DNA of 51,668 nucleotides, the filler included, from Sphacelaria rigidula (Eukaryota): assembly GCA_964200075.2 (NCBI GenBank). It is 3 parts of 3 records of this genome, joined end to end, with 100 filler letters (N's around TTAATTAATTAA, not from the genome) between each part and the next. Parts side by side here need not be neighbours in the genome. Positions count along the whole stretch, not along the records: positions 1 to 17,169 come from CAXNAA020001153.1; 2 more parts are not named here. One strand, given 5' to 3'. The position numbers and the translations under genes are program-made. Position 1 is the stretch's first letter. The number at the start of each line of letters is the position of its first letter. The notes beneath the pieces were generated by a model. It saw nothing but the letters and a program-made list of their open reading frames with translations, searched no databases and was not told the DNA's origin. This document shows, piece by piece, positions 1 through 13,659 of this stretch.

Positions 1-3000
1 CACGACACTAGAAATAGCGAAGTGCATGGTTTAAGGTTCCTTCCTGTCCTCTGGGGACAAAAAACAAAACAAAAAAATCCATACCGCAAATGAAACACTA
101 CGGCAGAACTTGCGCAACTTTGTCAACACCAGGACAACGAAGCATACCTCGCTCAGCTTGAGTGCACAACCCGCATCTGACACTGACGTAACAGTGTCGT
201 ACCGGGTTCCAAATCAAGAAAAAGGGCTGGTTATCAGAATGGTATCTCCAGGTAAGTAGACGAATGACGTGATATGCAATACCCCGCAAATATGTACAAC
301 AGACCGAACAGTGTACTGTAATATAAAGCCCAGAGCGCTCGGATTCGCTAGTGAGAGCTCTGTGCAGCGAAACCGCGAGGGTCGTTTATCACGCTGCACT
401 TTCGTGAAGGTTCCATATGCATCTTCGTATTGTAACGCCCGGCACAGACTTCATGATATCTCTTCCTCACAAAGCACGAACTCAGACCAATCAACTTAGG
501 CTGAACAGTTCAAAGACACATACGCACCAGTGCATCAAGTCTCAATGTTACGGACCATTGCCAGGAAGGAAAGGCGAGCGTAAAGACCAAACTACGAGCA
601 GAAGAAATCACAGCGTTCTGCGAGGCTAAGAGCGCAACCTTCGCCTCGAAATATAGCTGATAGCATGTCCTACTTCTGCGTGAAGTGACAGCACGACCCA
701 GCGTGGGTTTAGTGCGATGTCGTTTTGGATTTGCACAATCGAAAATTGCCATCGCGATTGGGCAATATCAGTATCTGTTTTCCAGCGGTAGGGAACTACC
801 GATCGTCAGTTGGTGCGCTGCGATGGGTAAAATCGACCCGGCTTCTTGCAGGGAGTAGCCGTAGACATGATATATTGTTTAGGGCCAATGTATTTGCGGT
901 TTGTCCCCGGTGCCGCGTGAAATCTCAGCACCTACCAACCGCTGTACGGCGCAAGATCATATTCCTACTAACGGTGCACCCACTACAGCGAATTCGTGGT
1001 GCCACACCGTACATCGTACCGTACAACATCCGTACCGCACCCTGACGATACACAACATACCACCCAAAGTATTCAAATGACCACGGTAATGTGGCTCACA
1101 AGTGAGCATGGCGCTACGTCGTACAACATGTAGAAAATGAACTTCCAATCCCCTCACTCATGTGTGTTTCCTCGGGGGAGGGCCTTTTCACACCCGTGCG
1201 CATGTATAAGACCATCTTTTATGGCAGTCACCAACTTCGATTGTTTTGAACATCGGGGGAAACCATTTGGGGAGTGCATTTCACGGGCTCCGATTTGAAT
1301 CAAACCGGGGAAGAGAAAAACGGGGTGTCACGATTTCGGAACGATTTTCCCATGTTGGTTTTGAAAAATCGTGGAAATCGTTCCGAAATCGTGACTCCTC
1401 CCAATTTTTATGAGGTGACGTATGTGCGTCGATTTGAAATGATGCGACGAGGCACTCATACTTTTGCAATGGCAGCAGAGACAGTTTCGTTACAGCGCAG
1501 GGCGTGCCTGCCCGCGCCAGCTGCTGAACCTGCTTCGCACGGGGTTTGACGAGCGGATAATGAGTCTTGACGCCGTACCCTGCGGCGATGGTGATGTTTT
1601 TTTTGCTGCGCTGTGCTGCCATACGTATTACTATGCGGAACGGTACTGTACTCTCTTAGTCTGTTGTCGCTGTACTTGGGTGATGTATGGCACTGCACTG
1701 CACTACAGAGTTGTGCTCCTACACTACTTGCTTACTGTCCTCGGCAATACCGACTGTGCCATCATGTACTACCACACGGGACTATCATGTCATGTACTGA
1801 TGGAGTATCCTGTACTGTATTTCCCCAAGGTTTCAAGGTACGACGCTGTACCCGAAGGATCAATCACCGCTTGCCTGCTCTTCGGCTTCATGCACGAGTA
1901 CTGCACGCAGTACCAGATTAATGCAGAAAATGAACGCCTGTGTACAGAACTGTTTTGCAAATCCGGATACTGTCTGAACCACAAAACGGTCCCTCCCCAT
2001 TTGGAGTTCGCGAATCTGACTCTCCCCGATCTTGAAGAAATCGGGGTATCAGAATAATCGAGATCCGTTGCCATAAAAGATAGTCTGATTGTATCTCTCT
2101 TTTCCACAGCATGGAGTGCGGGTCCGAGGACGAAGGATAGTGCCAGTAAAGGCAAACGACGAGATGCAAAAACACGACTATTCAGTTACAGGCGACAACT
2201 TACGACGAGGTTCGATGAAAAGCAAGGTCGTACGGTACGTGGCGTCTGTGTTTTGTGTGTTATGACCGTGTTTGAGCTGTGTTGTGTCGGAAGCCAAAGA
2301 GGGAATAAGTCACAGGTTGTGAGTGAATGCTGTCAATGTTTCGCATATTTTCCCTTCCGAACATGCTTCCTTTGGCGTCGGTTTCTCGATTTGCACGCGA
2401 GGTATCGGCCGTTGATTCTTCACTTTTGCACGTTTTCACTTTTCAAATGATCGCTCATAATTGAAGCTTGATTTTTTCATAATATAATGCTATCGTGCTT
2501 CTGTACTTTTGTATGATCAAATATGCCATACTTTTATACTTTCGTAGTTTCGACTACGTGATAACCGCTAGAGGCACCTGCCTTTACTCCTGTCTCGCGA
2601 TTCGGAGTGAACAGTGAACACGAGTATTGAAAATTTCAATTTTCCTTTCTCGTCTGCAGCGAGTGCTGTCTTTTTCGGGTAGCTTGAACTTCAACAGGAA
2701 ATGCTTGAAGTATTGATGGCTTTTGTGTGATAATTTCAACTTTCCCCCTCCCTGACTTTCCTTCGAACGTAGCCATATATCAAAACAAATGCAGCACCCA
2801 GGATGAAGACGCACCAACGTTCAGAAGTGAACATGGGTATATGCGTGAAGCTTCAAGGCTGAGCCAATCCCTAAAAGCAGCACAGCACAGCAGCCATTGT
2901 GCCATTTCTGCCACCCCTACCGTTTAAGACTTCGATTTCCTTATAAACCCGAATGCCTTCATCTTTTCACAAGGTGATTTACAGCAACGAGTACATCCGT

Positions 3001-5549
3001 GTATGCACGTAATGCAGTAGCGTAGTTGTACCGACGGCGTACCGATGATCGCGAATACCTGCGTAGGGTACCGAGGTTTGCTGCAGCTGTGGTAACCGCA
3101 ACAGCCAAAACCTTAGTCATGGGCTCAGCGACGTCCACGGCAGCTATTCCGGAGGAGCGCAGGCCGTCTTCACGAGCGAAACCAATGCAACCTAACACCA
3201 ACTCGTACCTTACCGTGCTTCGCAGGTACCACACACCGTGTACCACGGTGACAGTATGAAACATGAGCGCTGTCCGGTGTCATCGTTTTCGGAACACCGC
3301 AACGGAGGACAGCCATAGAAAACTCAAGAGGCGGCACACCGTACACACGCGGAAATACTTGCACCCCACACCCGTACCTCTGGCTGCATACCAACGCTAT
3401 GTGAGAGATGGCAGAGAGACGCCCGCAGTGTCGGCTGCAGAAAGCCACCCCGAGAGTAACGATCTCAAACATGCGTGCGGTACATCATGTTTCTTTTTGT
3501 ACACCCGAAGAAACGCTGCCGAACCGGTCGCGGTCAGTGCCCGACTTCAGTAGCTTTCTGAGGTGCTCCGCTGTATTGTAGCCGCCGCTGGGTATGCTCA
3601 GCATTCGCGACGAGACTGTTGCGGCACGGCAAGAGCCCAGTCATGGCCATGAAACAAAAGGACGAGCACGTCTGAGCGGATGTACATGACATAACCAGAA
3701 ACCACTGCACTGTCATCAAGCACGGTACAATGAGGTGGAGAATTTTCCGTCGTATCAATACGACGGGTTTCTTCGGCGTTGATAATCCCAAGCTGTCCAT
3801 TTTTTATGTTTCGGCGTAGAGAGGAATGAGAGCAACTTTCATAGGGCCCGTTCGAGACCAAAATCGCGTCCGATTTTGAGCGAAATGTGGAAATCTTCAT
3901 CTTGAAAAACAAAATCAGTGACGGTTGCGAACATGGGTGACCCAAAAGTTGAGTTTTGGTCAGCGGGCGGGTTCCTGATGAGAATGGGTCCCCATTCTCA
4001 TCAGGAACCCACCCGCTGACCAAAATCGAGGAGCTGATCAAAATCAGGAAGAAAAAAATCAAAATGGGATACGCCATGCATTACCGTAGTGCAGCACAAC
4101 AACACCCATGCCCTCTCTCATTTCGCGTAGCGGTCACTGCATTGTGGCTTCTTTACACCTTGCAGACACAAGTCAGTCTTCCCTGGGGTTGCTTACGCTG
4201 ATATAAGGTTGGGCTTTGCTCTGCACAAAATAATTCTTATCGGCACGCGGTGCTGTTTTGTAAAAGTTGAAATGCCATCCTCTGTTTGTTGGATATTGTG
4301 TCTTTTGCAACAAAGAAGGCACTTCGTGCCCAGACCCATCAATCCTGTGCTGTAGCTGACACTGTAGTATTGTGTGTTTGAACCCCGCGAAGGTATTTTG
4401 GTCTGCGCTGGGGAATACCTGAACTACTGTATTGTTGTTGTGTCCCGCTCGGTACAAAATTTGCAGTCGGCGCGCAGTCCTGTCTGCATATTTTTGAAAG
4501 CGCCATGATGTTTTGGATCTTGGGTGTTATATGCAACGAACGAAGCGCATCGTGCCTACACCCATTATTTTTATTGTCTACTTCAGGTTCTACTACGGTG
4601 CGTCTGAACCCTCCGTGGATAGTTTGATCTGTGATGGACATCACCTAGGCTACTGTACGGCTGCGGTTTTCCGGTCTGAACGGGATTGGGGTGGGAACAG
4701 TGTTGTTCATCTGTAGAGTTGAAAACAGTCATGTGGTGGCTGTGTAGCTGTTGTGCCGTTGGGTGCTGTTGTCTAGGTGCTGAACTCCTCATTTCCGAAC
4801 ATGTGCCGTTATACATATCTTTCTTTCGCCTCTCAAAATCACCGAGGCAGGAAATGGCGATCGAAATCTATCGTATGTTGATTTTGCTTTTGTCCCATAA
4901 TAAGAGTTGGCCTGAGGGGGTGAGTCTTCAACCAAAGTCCCAAAGCCACACATTTGGGCGGGCGAAGGTGGTGCGGAACAATTGAACAGGTTAGACCGAG
5001 TATTGATGGATCACGCAAATGTGTTTGTTATTCTTACATACAGCGGAACATTCCAGCAACGACACAGAGGAGACGATTACCAATGGAAGATATGGTGCAC
5101 ACGAAAAAGTGAAGAGAGTCTCGCCAACAGTAGACAAAGGCGCCATGCTGCATCAAGCAACCACGGGAGAAAATGTGTGCCGGTCAACACGCTGAAGGAG
5201 TCTTGCCAACAGCAAAAGTCAAAATGCTGCTCTTTGCAACGCCACACACCGACCGAGTACACATCGCGCCGAAAAAAATAAGGTCGTCCCGGTCAACAAA
5301 GGCTCAGCACAGCTCGAGCGACTCGAAGGGCTGCCAGGCGTGTAGCGGGTATCTCGCGTTCCTGAGCGCCCTGAAAAGGCTGCAAGAGCCGTAGATGCCG
5401 GCAAGGCGATCCTTGATTACATTGTTTTCAAGTTAGGATCGACGACAGGTGGACTTGAAGCTTGAACCGCGGATGGAAACGTGGAAGAACCCAACATTTA
5501 CAGGTTTGTAATAAATTGAGCGTCCATGGTTGATTCTGTTCGAGCGAGG

Positions 5550-5892
5550 AATATCGATTTTAGCATGCAGCAGGAGATGATAGCTGCTCAAAAGACGTAG
5601 GACAGCTCACTGAATAATCTTGCCTACACAGAGATGCATCAAGTGGCGCGAGATTCGCACTGTGGGCTGAAATCCGTTTCTAGGCATCGACCGATAAAGG
5701 GATGACCCATGAGTATGAAGATGACCGCAACATGATCGTATTTAATTTAGTACCTGCAACAGGTCCGGCGTTCGTCCTGTCGTCTGAGGAGGCTACATCG
5801 ATATTCGCATGCCCCAGGGAACGATAGCTGCTCACAGGCATAGGAAAGCTTACGAAATGATCTTGACTACACAGGGATACACTGAGTGGCGG
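5550..5892 (+). repeat. Diverged direct duplication (~100 bp, period ~245 bp)
   Basis: ATCGAT...GCATG...GATAGCTGCTCA...TAGGA.AGCT...ATCTTG.CTACACAG.GAT...AGTGGCG at about 5553 and 5797. Confidence 0.65.
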
Positions 5893-5896
5893 AAGA

Positions 5897-6203
5897 AGGT
5901 CGGGTAGGATATGTACTTTTGAATACTCGGATAAAATACCGGGGTGTGTACTCTACCCAAGGTTAGGGCAGATTGGGTACGGCCTCAAATACTCTGCCCA
6001 AATATTGGAGATTGGCTACGACCTCAATACTCTACCCAAATATTAGGTAGGCAGTCTCAGGACTACCTGGGTGTAGAGTATGACTTGGGTATGCCCTCAA
6101 TACCTTACCCAATGTTTGGGTATCTTGGGTACGATCTCAAATGCTCTACCCAATTTTTGGGTATTTTGGGTACGATTTCAATACTCTACCAAAATATCGG
6201 GTG
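5897..6203. mobile_element. Truncated sister copy of the 6857-7238 MITE
   Basis: Same start (AGGTCGGGTAG..ATGTACT.TTGAATACTCGG.TAAAATACC.GGG) and same subrepeats. The right TIR is missing. Confidence 0.65.
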
Positions 6204-6856
6204 AGGCCGCATCTTAGCACATCACTCTCCGATAATTTTAAAACAAAGTGCGGTGAACCTGACTTAAGCGACTTCGCAAATTTCTCGCGAGTTGGGACCG
6301 AACGAATGCGCAAGCGTTCAATTACAAAAAGAAAGTGCAATACGTGAAGCGGCACTTGTTTGCTTGTCCACAGTACAGTACTGTACTGTATGCACACAGT
6401 GTGCTTGAGTGCGTGTGTGCGTGTTTCGTACAGTAGGATGTGAATGAAAAAGGGGCAACGTGCAGTGCAGACAGGGCGGGACTAGCTGTACTCTGCTTCA
6501 AGTGCGACGTGAAAAGGACTTGAGCAACGTGCAGCTCAGTACTGCCTGCCAAGTCCGTGAGTGTACGAAAGTCGGTCATCCATTGTACCACGCAGTTTCG
6601 TCGGCGATCTCTACCATGAAATAGGTGCTCACGTTTGCATCAACAAAAACAACACAACTACTTCAGGGCATTTATCCCTGTGCCAACTCGTGCTTTCTGC
6701 TGCAGAGTTGCGGTGGTAGCTGAGAATGAGTTGTGTGGGGTCTGCATGGTTCTGTGAACGGGTGGTATACCTGGCGTGATGGTCTGCAAGATAGGAATCA
6801 AGTGCACTTTCGTATATCCTATATCCTCCGCACATGTTTCCGATCGAATGAATGCT

Positions 6857-7238
6857 GAGGGCAGGTCGGGTAGATAAATGTACTGTTGAATACTCGGGTA
6901 AAATACCCGGGAATAAATGTACTCTACTCAAATTTTGGGTAGATTGGGGATTACCTCAAAACTCAACCCAGATTTTGGATAGGTTGGATACATCCCCAAA
7001 TACTCTACCCGCATATTGGGGAAGCACTTTCACCAATACCTGGGCACAGAGTATCACTTCGGTATGGCCTCAGTACTCTGCCCAAATTCTGGGTATCTTC
7101 GGTGCGATCTCAAATACTCTACCTAATGTATGGGTATTTTTTAGTACGATTTCAATACTCTACCCAAATGGTTGGACACCAAGAGAACGACTTTACAGAA
7201 ATACCGAGTATTGGGTGTAACCCACCCGACCTGCCCTC
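6857..7238. mobile_element. MITE with internal AATACTCTACCC/GGGTA subrepeats
   Basis: 15-bp TIRs GAGGGCAGGTCGGGT / ACCCGACCTGCCCTC. No clear TSD. Confidence 0.7.
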
Positions 7239-9851
7239 GCAAGATTCACAGTGCTCTGAGATCAGCTTTGAGGGTCAATCGGTCAAGGCGTGACCCCTCG
7301 GGGGAAAATACCACACTTCTCCTATTTTGGATGACAGACCCATGATCCTGTGGGAGCTTGGGAATCCCTGGAGCGCAGATAACACTTCCCTCGCTACAGT
7401 GAACACATCGTGCATGGGCTGGGAGCTCGAGTGCATGCCGCAACCCCAACTGTACTAGCGGGCATCTGATGCGCGGGACAACCACGCATGCGCCAACCAT
7501 CGCCATCGCTGGTATGTAAGTCTCTTTCTGTGCAAGCTGCGCCGCTCGGTTATGACAATCGTACTTCGAAACAAACGCATGAACCATAGGTGGGTTCACA
7601 GCTTCCGATATTGCACAGGGATTGTGCATTTGAGTATTTCGATTTCGAGCCAAAATCGAAAACCTCCAACTTGCGTGCCTTTTGTCGGGACAATAAAATG
7701 GGTTGACTTTAGTGTTCATTTGCATACAATGCCAGAAGTCAACATCTCCCTACGTGAACACACAACTGACAACAGTACTGCATCATAATATATACACTTT
7801 CATGACTGTGCCCGACGCCCGAACGTGTTGCACAGCTGGCCTTAAGCGTCATAGGCTATGCCAAGGAAGTACAGAGACCACAGCTTGTGAATCCACCCCT
7901 GTCCCTTGCAGGAAATTTCAACTCTCGTATACCCAGAAAATTCAAAATGCACGATACGTTCGTAATAACTTTGAATGGTCAATGTGCCCTTCATCTGTTT
8001 TTTTTTTTTGTGCCAAATCCCAGATATCACCAATCCTGAGAGCTTGGGAATTCCACATACTGTTCATGACTTCCCCAGTGGTATTTGTTTTGGTCACAAC
8101 TCTCGAACAGCGACGATTCGGGTGTCGATACAGCTGTCGCAATTTCCGTCCATGTGCCAGCAAAACCCACATCATAACGTCAGTGCCATCGGGCAACAAT
8201 ACAGCTACGTTGAGTCTCTCACATGGTCTCGGTTCCCTTCAGCGGAAGACGTGTGACGAGAGACTGGAGAATGCCCAAACGCTCAAAATGAGCACGATAC
8301 TCGACATTCGCTGTAAGCCTCCGTTTCTACGACTTGTGGAGGGATGGGTTGGGGGTACTTGGTACTAGGGGGGTGGGGAAATTCTAGCGAACATTGTGTC
8401 ATGAGACACTGATGATGAGGTGAGTGTACCTCAGAGCACCTGAGGGTCGTGTGACAAGCGCTGTAGCCACCTCCACCGCCCTCTCCTTGCCCACGAGAAA
8501 GTCAAGTTTTAACTGCAGAGGGCTTGATATTTTTTCTCGACTTTATAGTATCCTCGTACTCTACTAAATGAAAATTTGACTCCAAGGTCGACGAGGAACA
8601 AGGCACCGCTGAAACCTTCCCGCGATAAGAAGAAAGTCACCATCGCAGAAGAAAGGTCGAGTAGTCAAATCGAGTTTAAAACGCTTACGTTGACCTTTCT
8701 CCTGTGGGATCCCGGCTGATACGCTCACATATACCGGAAGGTGTCGGCATTAGTCCAGAATAGATGTGAAGAAAGCGCACACACTGAGATGCGGACCCTT
8801 ATCCTTTTGAACAAAATGGTTGTAACCCCGGAACAAAATCACCATGTGGCGCGTTTGTACAAGTGGCTTGTTCCACTTCTTCACGTCTCTCGTGAAAGCG
8901 CGTTGCGCTTGAAAAGAGTAGGGTTGACGACGCGAGGGAGCCGTCATATTTCCGTCGTCGACCCAGCCTGAATTCTTCCAACCCTAACTCTAACCCCACG
9001 AGATGGGCCAGCCGCAAAACTTACGAACGCAGAGCACCACACAACTTTTCCCGTTTCCCTAATCAGCCCGACTTGAGCATACCGCTGTGCAAAGCACCCC
9101 AACCTGGTCAGGCACCCTCTGCTGCTAGCATAAAGGAGTGAAAACAAATCGTAACGCATAAATAAAGTACCTCAACCCTTAGATATCCGGGGGTTTCCAG
9201 GGGGCAGAGGGGTGGTTTTCGACAGTAGGATGGGGGCCTGTTCGCAGAGCAGCCCAAAAGCTCACCAAGTCAACCATGTACGTTTAGAAGTTTCCCACGG
9301 GAAGTAATAAGCCGAGAACGCGGCCTGAGGAGAGCGGAGAACAATTCTGACAGATCACGGGTATCAAAATTATCATTTTCTTCCCTGTACAGGTGGACTA
9401 CACGCAGGCTACTTCGCTGTCTAGCCGAATTTCGCATTCCGGTCATGACAATTCACCCACAGATTACATGGGCGAAAAAAACAACGTGACTGTCACTCTG
9501 CTCGTGGTCTGTGCCGCCTGCCTGACCCCTCATGTGTTGCCAGCATAGCTTCACACCGTCTCTAGTGCTGTTGTACAACACTAAGCGGAGATATCAGCAG
9601 CATGCAGTATGTTTGGTTTAGTGGAGAGGGATGACATGCCGACTGTTTCTTGCCGTTGCATCCTGCGAAGACATACAGCGCACATACTGACTTCAAACGC
9701 AATAGTCTGCAGGGTCAAACCGATCAAGGGTTTCCTAAAATTGTTTCCTATAAAAATGCCAAACGTTCACATGATTATGAGCATGGTGTTTTGTGCAGCG
9801 ATAAATGAGCCTGAACCCCGAATGGGGCGAAGTTTATCTCAGTCCACCTGC

Positions 9852-10032
9852 GGGGGGGGGGGGCGTACTCATGTGTTGCTTGCCTTAGTCGTTTGACCGT
9901 TGACGGGGTCGCCATCTAAGGGATAACGACGGAACCAGGTTCTGCTGACAAAAAGAGGATCTGTCGGGATTCGAAATCCGTGACCTCCATAGCTGGAGTC
10001 TTCTGTAACACCTGCACTCCTCGGACAGATCA
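9852..10032 (-). mobile_element. Probable tRNA-derived SINE sharing the LINE 3' tail
   Basis: 76-nt head with GATCTG...CAGATC ends and a B-box-like GGTCACGGATTTCGAATCCCG. The last ~50 nt (GTCAACGGTCAAACGACTAAGGCAAGCAACACATGAGTACG-C12) match 43776-43825. Confidence 0.55.
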
Positions 10033-11097
10033 AAATCTGTGTTCCCCTGGTCATACAGGTGGAGTGTGAACACATGTGTGTACACGATTCGAATGGCACA
10101 GTTCTACTAGTCATGGAGCGGTCCTCGTGTTCCGGGTATCATCGATCACGAGGGAGGTATCTTGTACGAGTTATGGTGGTACACAGGTTGTTGTTGGCGT
10201 TTCGAGTACAACTGATTCGGATTACACAGGTGAGCCTGAAGGGACTGATATCAAATGGACTTATACGAATCACGGGGTCACACAGATCTTTCATTAGGCC
10301 ATGCTCACATAGCAACTGGGTTCTTCATATCACCAGCCGAGAAATGTATGTAGGTTAACGAGTCTCACGGATACAGATCAGTCGCAGATCGCAGAGGTCA
10401 TAAGGCTGATCGTCGGGCAGGCTTACGGGGGCCACGCGTGCCTCATCAACGCAGGAAATATACACGTCGATGACTTTCCCCGGAAAGTTTTGTCAGACGA
10501 CGGCCGAACAGCGTCATGATGACTCAACTGAGCATATACGAGTAGCAACATCTTGTTTCTTCCTTTTCCCGCGGCGCATGAGTGCGCACTCTGAACGTGA
10601 GAAGACGAAACCAGTCGTCCATCCTGCCGCTGGTACAAACATTATTCCTCACCATTACTGCTACTGCTACCGGGGTGAAGAAGTCCAAGTTACGGTCCGC
10701 CGCGAAGCTTGGCACTTATGGCAAACGAAAAGAACGATACCAAGTGAAGTGAACGCTAATGCTCAGAGGCCGCTGCGGTAGTTACTATTTGAGTGTGAAC
10801 CGGGTGGGTGTTGCTATCAGCAAAGCGATGCGTGTTTTACGAGATGACGCCGCTCCTTAGGCCCATGACATATCCCGTTTCCAAACGTTCACTCTGTGTT
10901 GAGCATGCGAGCAAATCAAAGTTCGGCAGTGATATCCACCGATCAGTCCTACGAATACAAAAACGTACTTCAATTACCGTGCGCCCGGGCTGATGCAGTC
11001 AACCATTAGACTTGTGAACATGTAGAGTGTACCCGCGCCATAGAGGTGAGCAGCTGAGGGATACAGGCTGGGCCGCCAAAGACGCGGGTAGGGATGT

Positions 11098-11738
11098 GAA
11101 CACGCGATTATGCAGCTCAATTGTGGGTCGTTTCCTATGAAGTTTTGACACGATGTACAGGACGTATGTACGAAGACTTTATTTTCTGCCCCTTACATTC
11201 TTGTTTTATTCGTGAGTCAGTCATGAGTTTGTCGCGAAAAAACACGTTCTGAAGAGTTTGGTCGCCGATAACTCACAGAGAAAAGAGCGAAAATGTAGGG
11301 GGCAGAAGATGGATCCTTTGCACATACGCTTTGTATATCGTATCGAAATTTCTTAGACTACGATCCAAATCGAGCTGCATAATCGCGTGTTCGCGTCGAA
11401 GACCGGTTCCTATCTGGAGATCGACCAGCCACGAAAAAATGAAACGCGGTCATGCTGTTCAATTTCAAGTATTTTCCCACGAAATTTCGACACGATGTGC
11501 ATGAGGTATGTGGTGAAGTCCTTATTTTCCTCCCGTCACGTTTTTGGTTTTTGTCATGAGTTGGCGACGCTTTTGTACCACTAAAAAATGTGAAGAAATT
11601 TAGATCATCAGTAACTCACGAGGAAAAGGATGAGTAAATAGGGGGGGAAACCGCAGGGGCTTCACACATACCTCATGTACATCGTGTCAAACTTTCATGG
11701 AAAACGACCGGAAATTGAGCAGTGAAATCGCGTTTTTC
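11098..11738. repeat. Two adjacent ~295-bp foldback (long inverted repeat) units
   Basis: Unit 1 (11098-11392) has perfect 21-bp ends GAACACGCGATTATGCAGCTC and imperfect arms beyond 100 bp. Unit 2 (11441-11738) is a diverged copy. Confidence 0.75.
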
Positions 11739-13139
11739 TGACGAGAACCGGTTCACTTGTCATGAGAGTACACCAACATCAGCCCGAACTTTGGCCTTTT
11801 ATCCAGGATTTTTTCACACAATGCTCACCGGTTCGCACTCTCCTACCAAACTCGTTGGCGCGCCACAGATCTCGTCTGCGTGCCATCTCAGACACTGCGC
11901 GCCTACAGTACAACATGCATTGTTGTACAACCGCACAACTAGGCAGCACCATTACTTTGCAGCCGCGACGAAACCGACTGTAATCGTAAATTCGATTTCA
12001 CCAGTTTTCCCCCCCTAATTCCGCCGCACATGCCACCCTCAACTCTCCACACTTCGCAGCTGACTACAGTTTGGCATTTCGTTTGATGAAAACTTGTCAG
12101 ATCGCAGTGCTAAGTGAAGTGGAAGACGCGCGTTGATGTGCACAGTACCGCGATGTGTCATAGTAGGAACAACTCGCGATAGATCAGAACCGGCTGAAGG
12201 AAAGTGCGCTTCTTAGGCGGCCTAGCCTGTACTGGAACTTGTTTTTTGTTGATCCGGATCTTACGGCGGCGGGAAATTGTCTCTTGTATACTAGATTCAG
12301 ATTATATGGGTAAGGGATAGCTTTCGGTATACATGCTATCCAAATCGCGCGGGTCGACGAGAAGCCGCTGCGTTTGCCAACGCCGAGTGACGTAGATGAC
12401 ACATGCGTGATATACAGACGATACAGTTCAGTACATAATTTGTACACGAAAGTGTGTGTCAGGCGGGTCGTACATCACGTCGCTCGGCGAATAGGTACAA
12501 GTCAAGCGGATCCTACAGATCATCGGACAAGCAGGCATCGGTGACAGCACACCCCATACAGATCACGATCTATGCCCCAAATGAGCCGACCCGGATCCGT
12601 AACGAGCTGATCTGTACGAGGTGTGGATACTTGTACGAGTACCGTACTTGTGCCAGAATTCACTTGATATTTCAGAACAAAAATCGAATCGAGTAATCTT
12701 GGAGCGGTTGACTTCCATCAGATATATAGTAGATTGGTCATATAGTAGATGAATCTATCCCGCCACGAAGTGTCATACGGCTCATCGTGTCACCCTCAAA
12801 GTACACTCAACTGTGTGTCTTTGCGTGGACAATGCGCAAGTGGACAACCTGTACTTCGGGCTATGGCAGAGTCCCTGCTGCTCAGAGTGGGGTACTTGTG
12901 TAATAGTTGGTTGCCAATTCTGCGGTACGATTCGACCTCGTACGATGGAGATCCACAGGCGCACAGAGTGTTGAGAGTAGTGAAAAGCGCATGGTAAAGA
13001 ATCTCACCTGAACACCTGCTCTTCCCGATCTCCCCTGTGTCTTTACCGTAATTGTACCACAGAGGAATGACATGTATGTAGTATTTGAACTGTTGTGTCG
13101 TGGTTATGATGCTGTGTACAGAGTACTGTTTGTATTAGA

Positions 13140-13645
13140 ACATGATTATAAGTTATTATGCAAATGGAAGATAATAAACTATATTTAGCGTTCCAGACAC
13201 GGAAGATGGTGCTGATCGTAAGGTGACAATATCCAAGCGAAGGTGGCTCGGCTGGAGCAAGCGCCGACGCGCCTGTCGTCGAGTGTGGCCATAGAGGGAA
13301 ACATGTCACAAAAGTACTCATATAGTTCAGGCCCAATGTAGACAGTAGAGGTATGGTCATGCAGCAAGATGTCTTGGCAGCACGCGATCTAAAGCTGTAC
13401 TACCGAACGGCAGTAGCACGAGTTGGCCCGCAAGGCGATGGCGCCCCGCCCTGTGTACCGAAGGGTCAGGCAGCACGTCACCGTGCGGTACTGTAGCAGT
13501 AGCCTGATACGGGACTGGTATCATCATGCTCTATGTCGCATACGCAAGTTGCATGCTTCAATGTACAAGATGTGCGTTGCACAGAACGCCGATTTACACT
13601 ACAGAACGGCAGTAGCACCGCTCGACCCGAAAGGCGCCGGCTAAT
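13140..13645 (+). repeat. Dispersed repeat, copy 1
   Basis: TATTTAGCGTT...GGAAGATGGTGCTG...GTGACAATATCCAAGCGA...GCCTGTCGTCGAG is shared with 49690-50345. Confidence 0.85.
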
Positions 13646-13659
13646 CGAGTATACTCACA

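Noticed and set aside
7703-8368. 221-aa ORF (and 14235-15035)
   Set aside because: No recognisable motifs; the frames run through T or GT simple repeats.
9957-10032. Functional tRNA gene
   Set aside because: D, anticodon and T stems do not pair properly; better explained as a SINE head.
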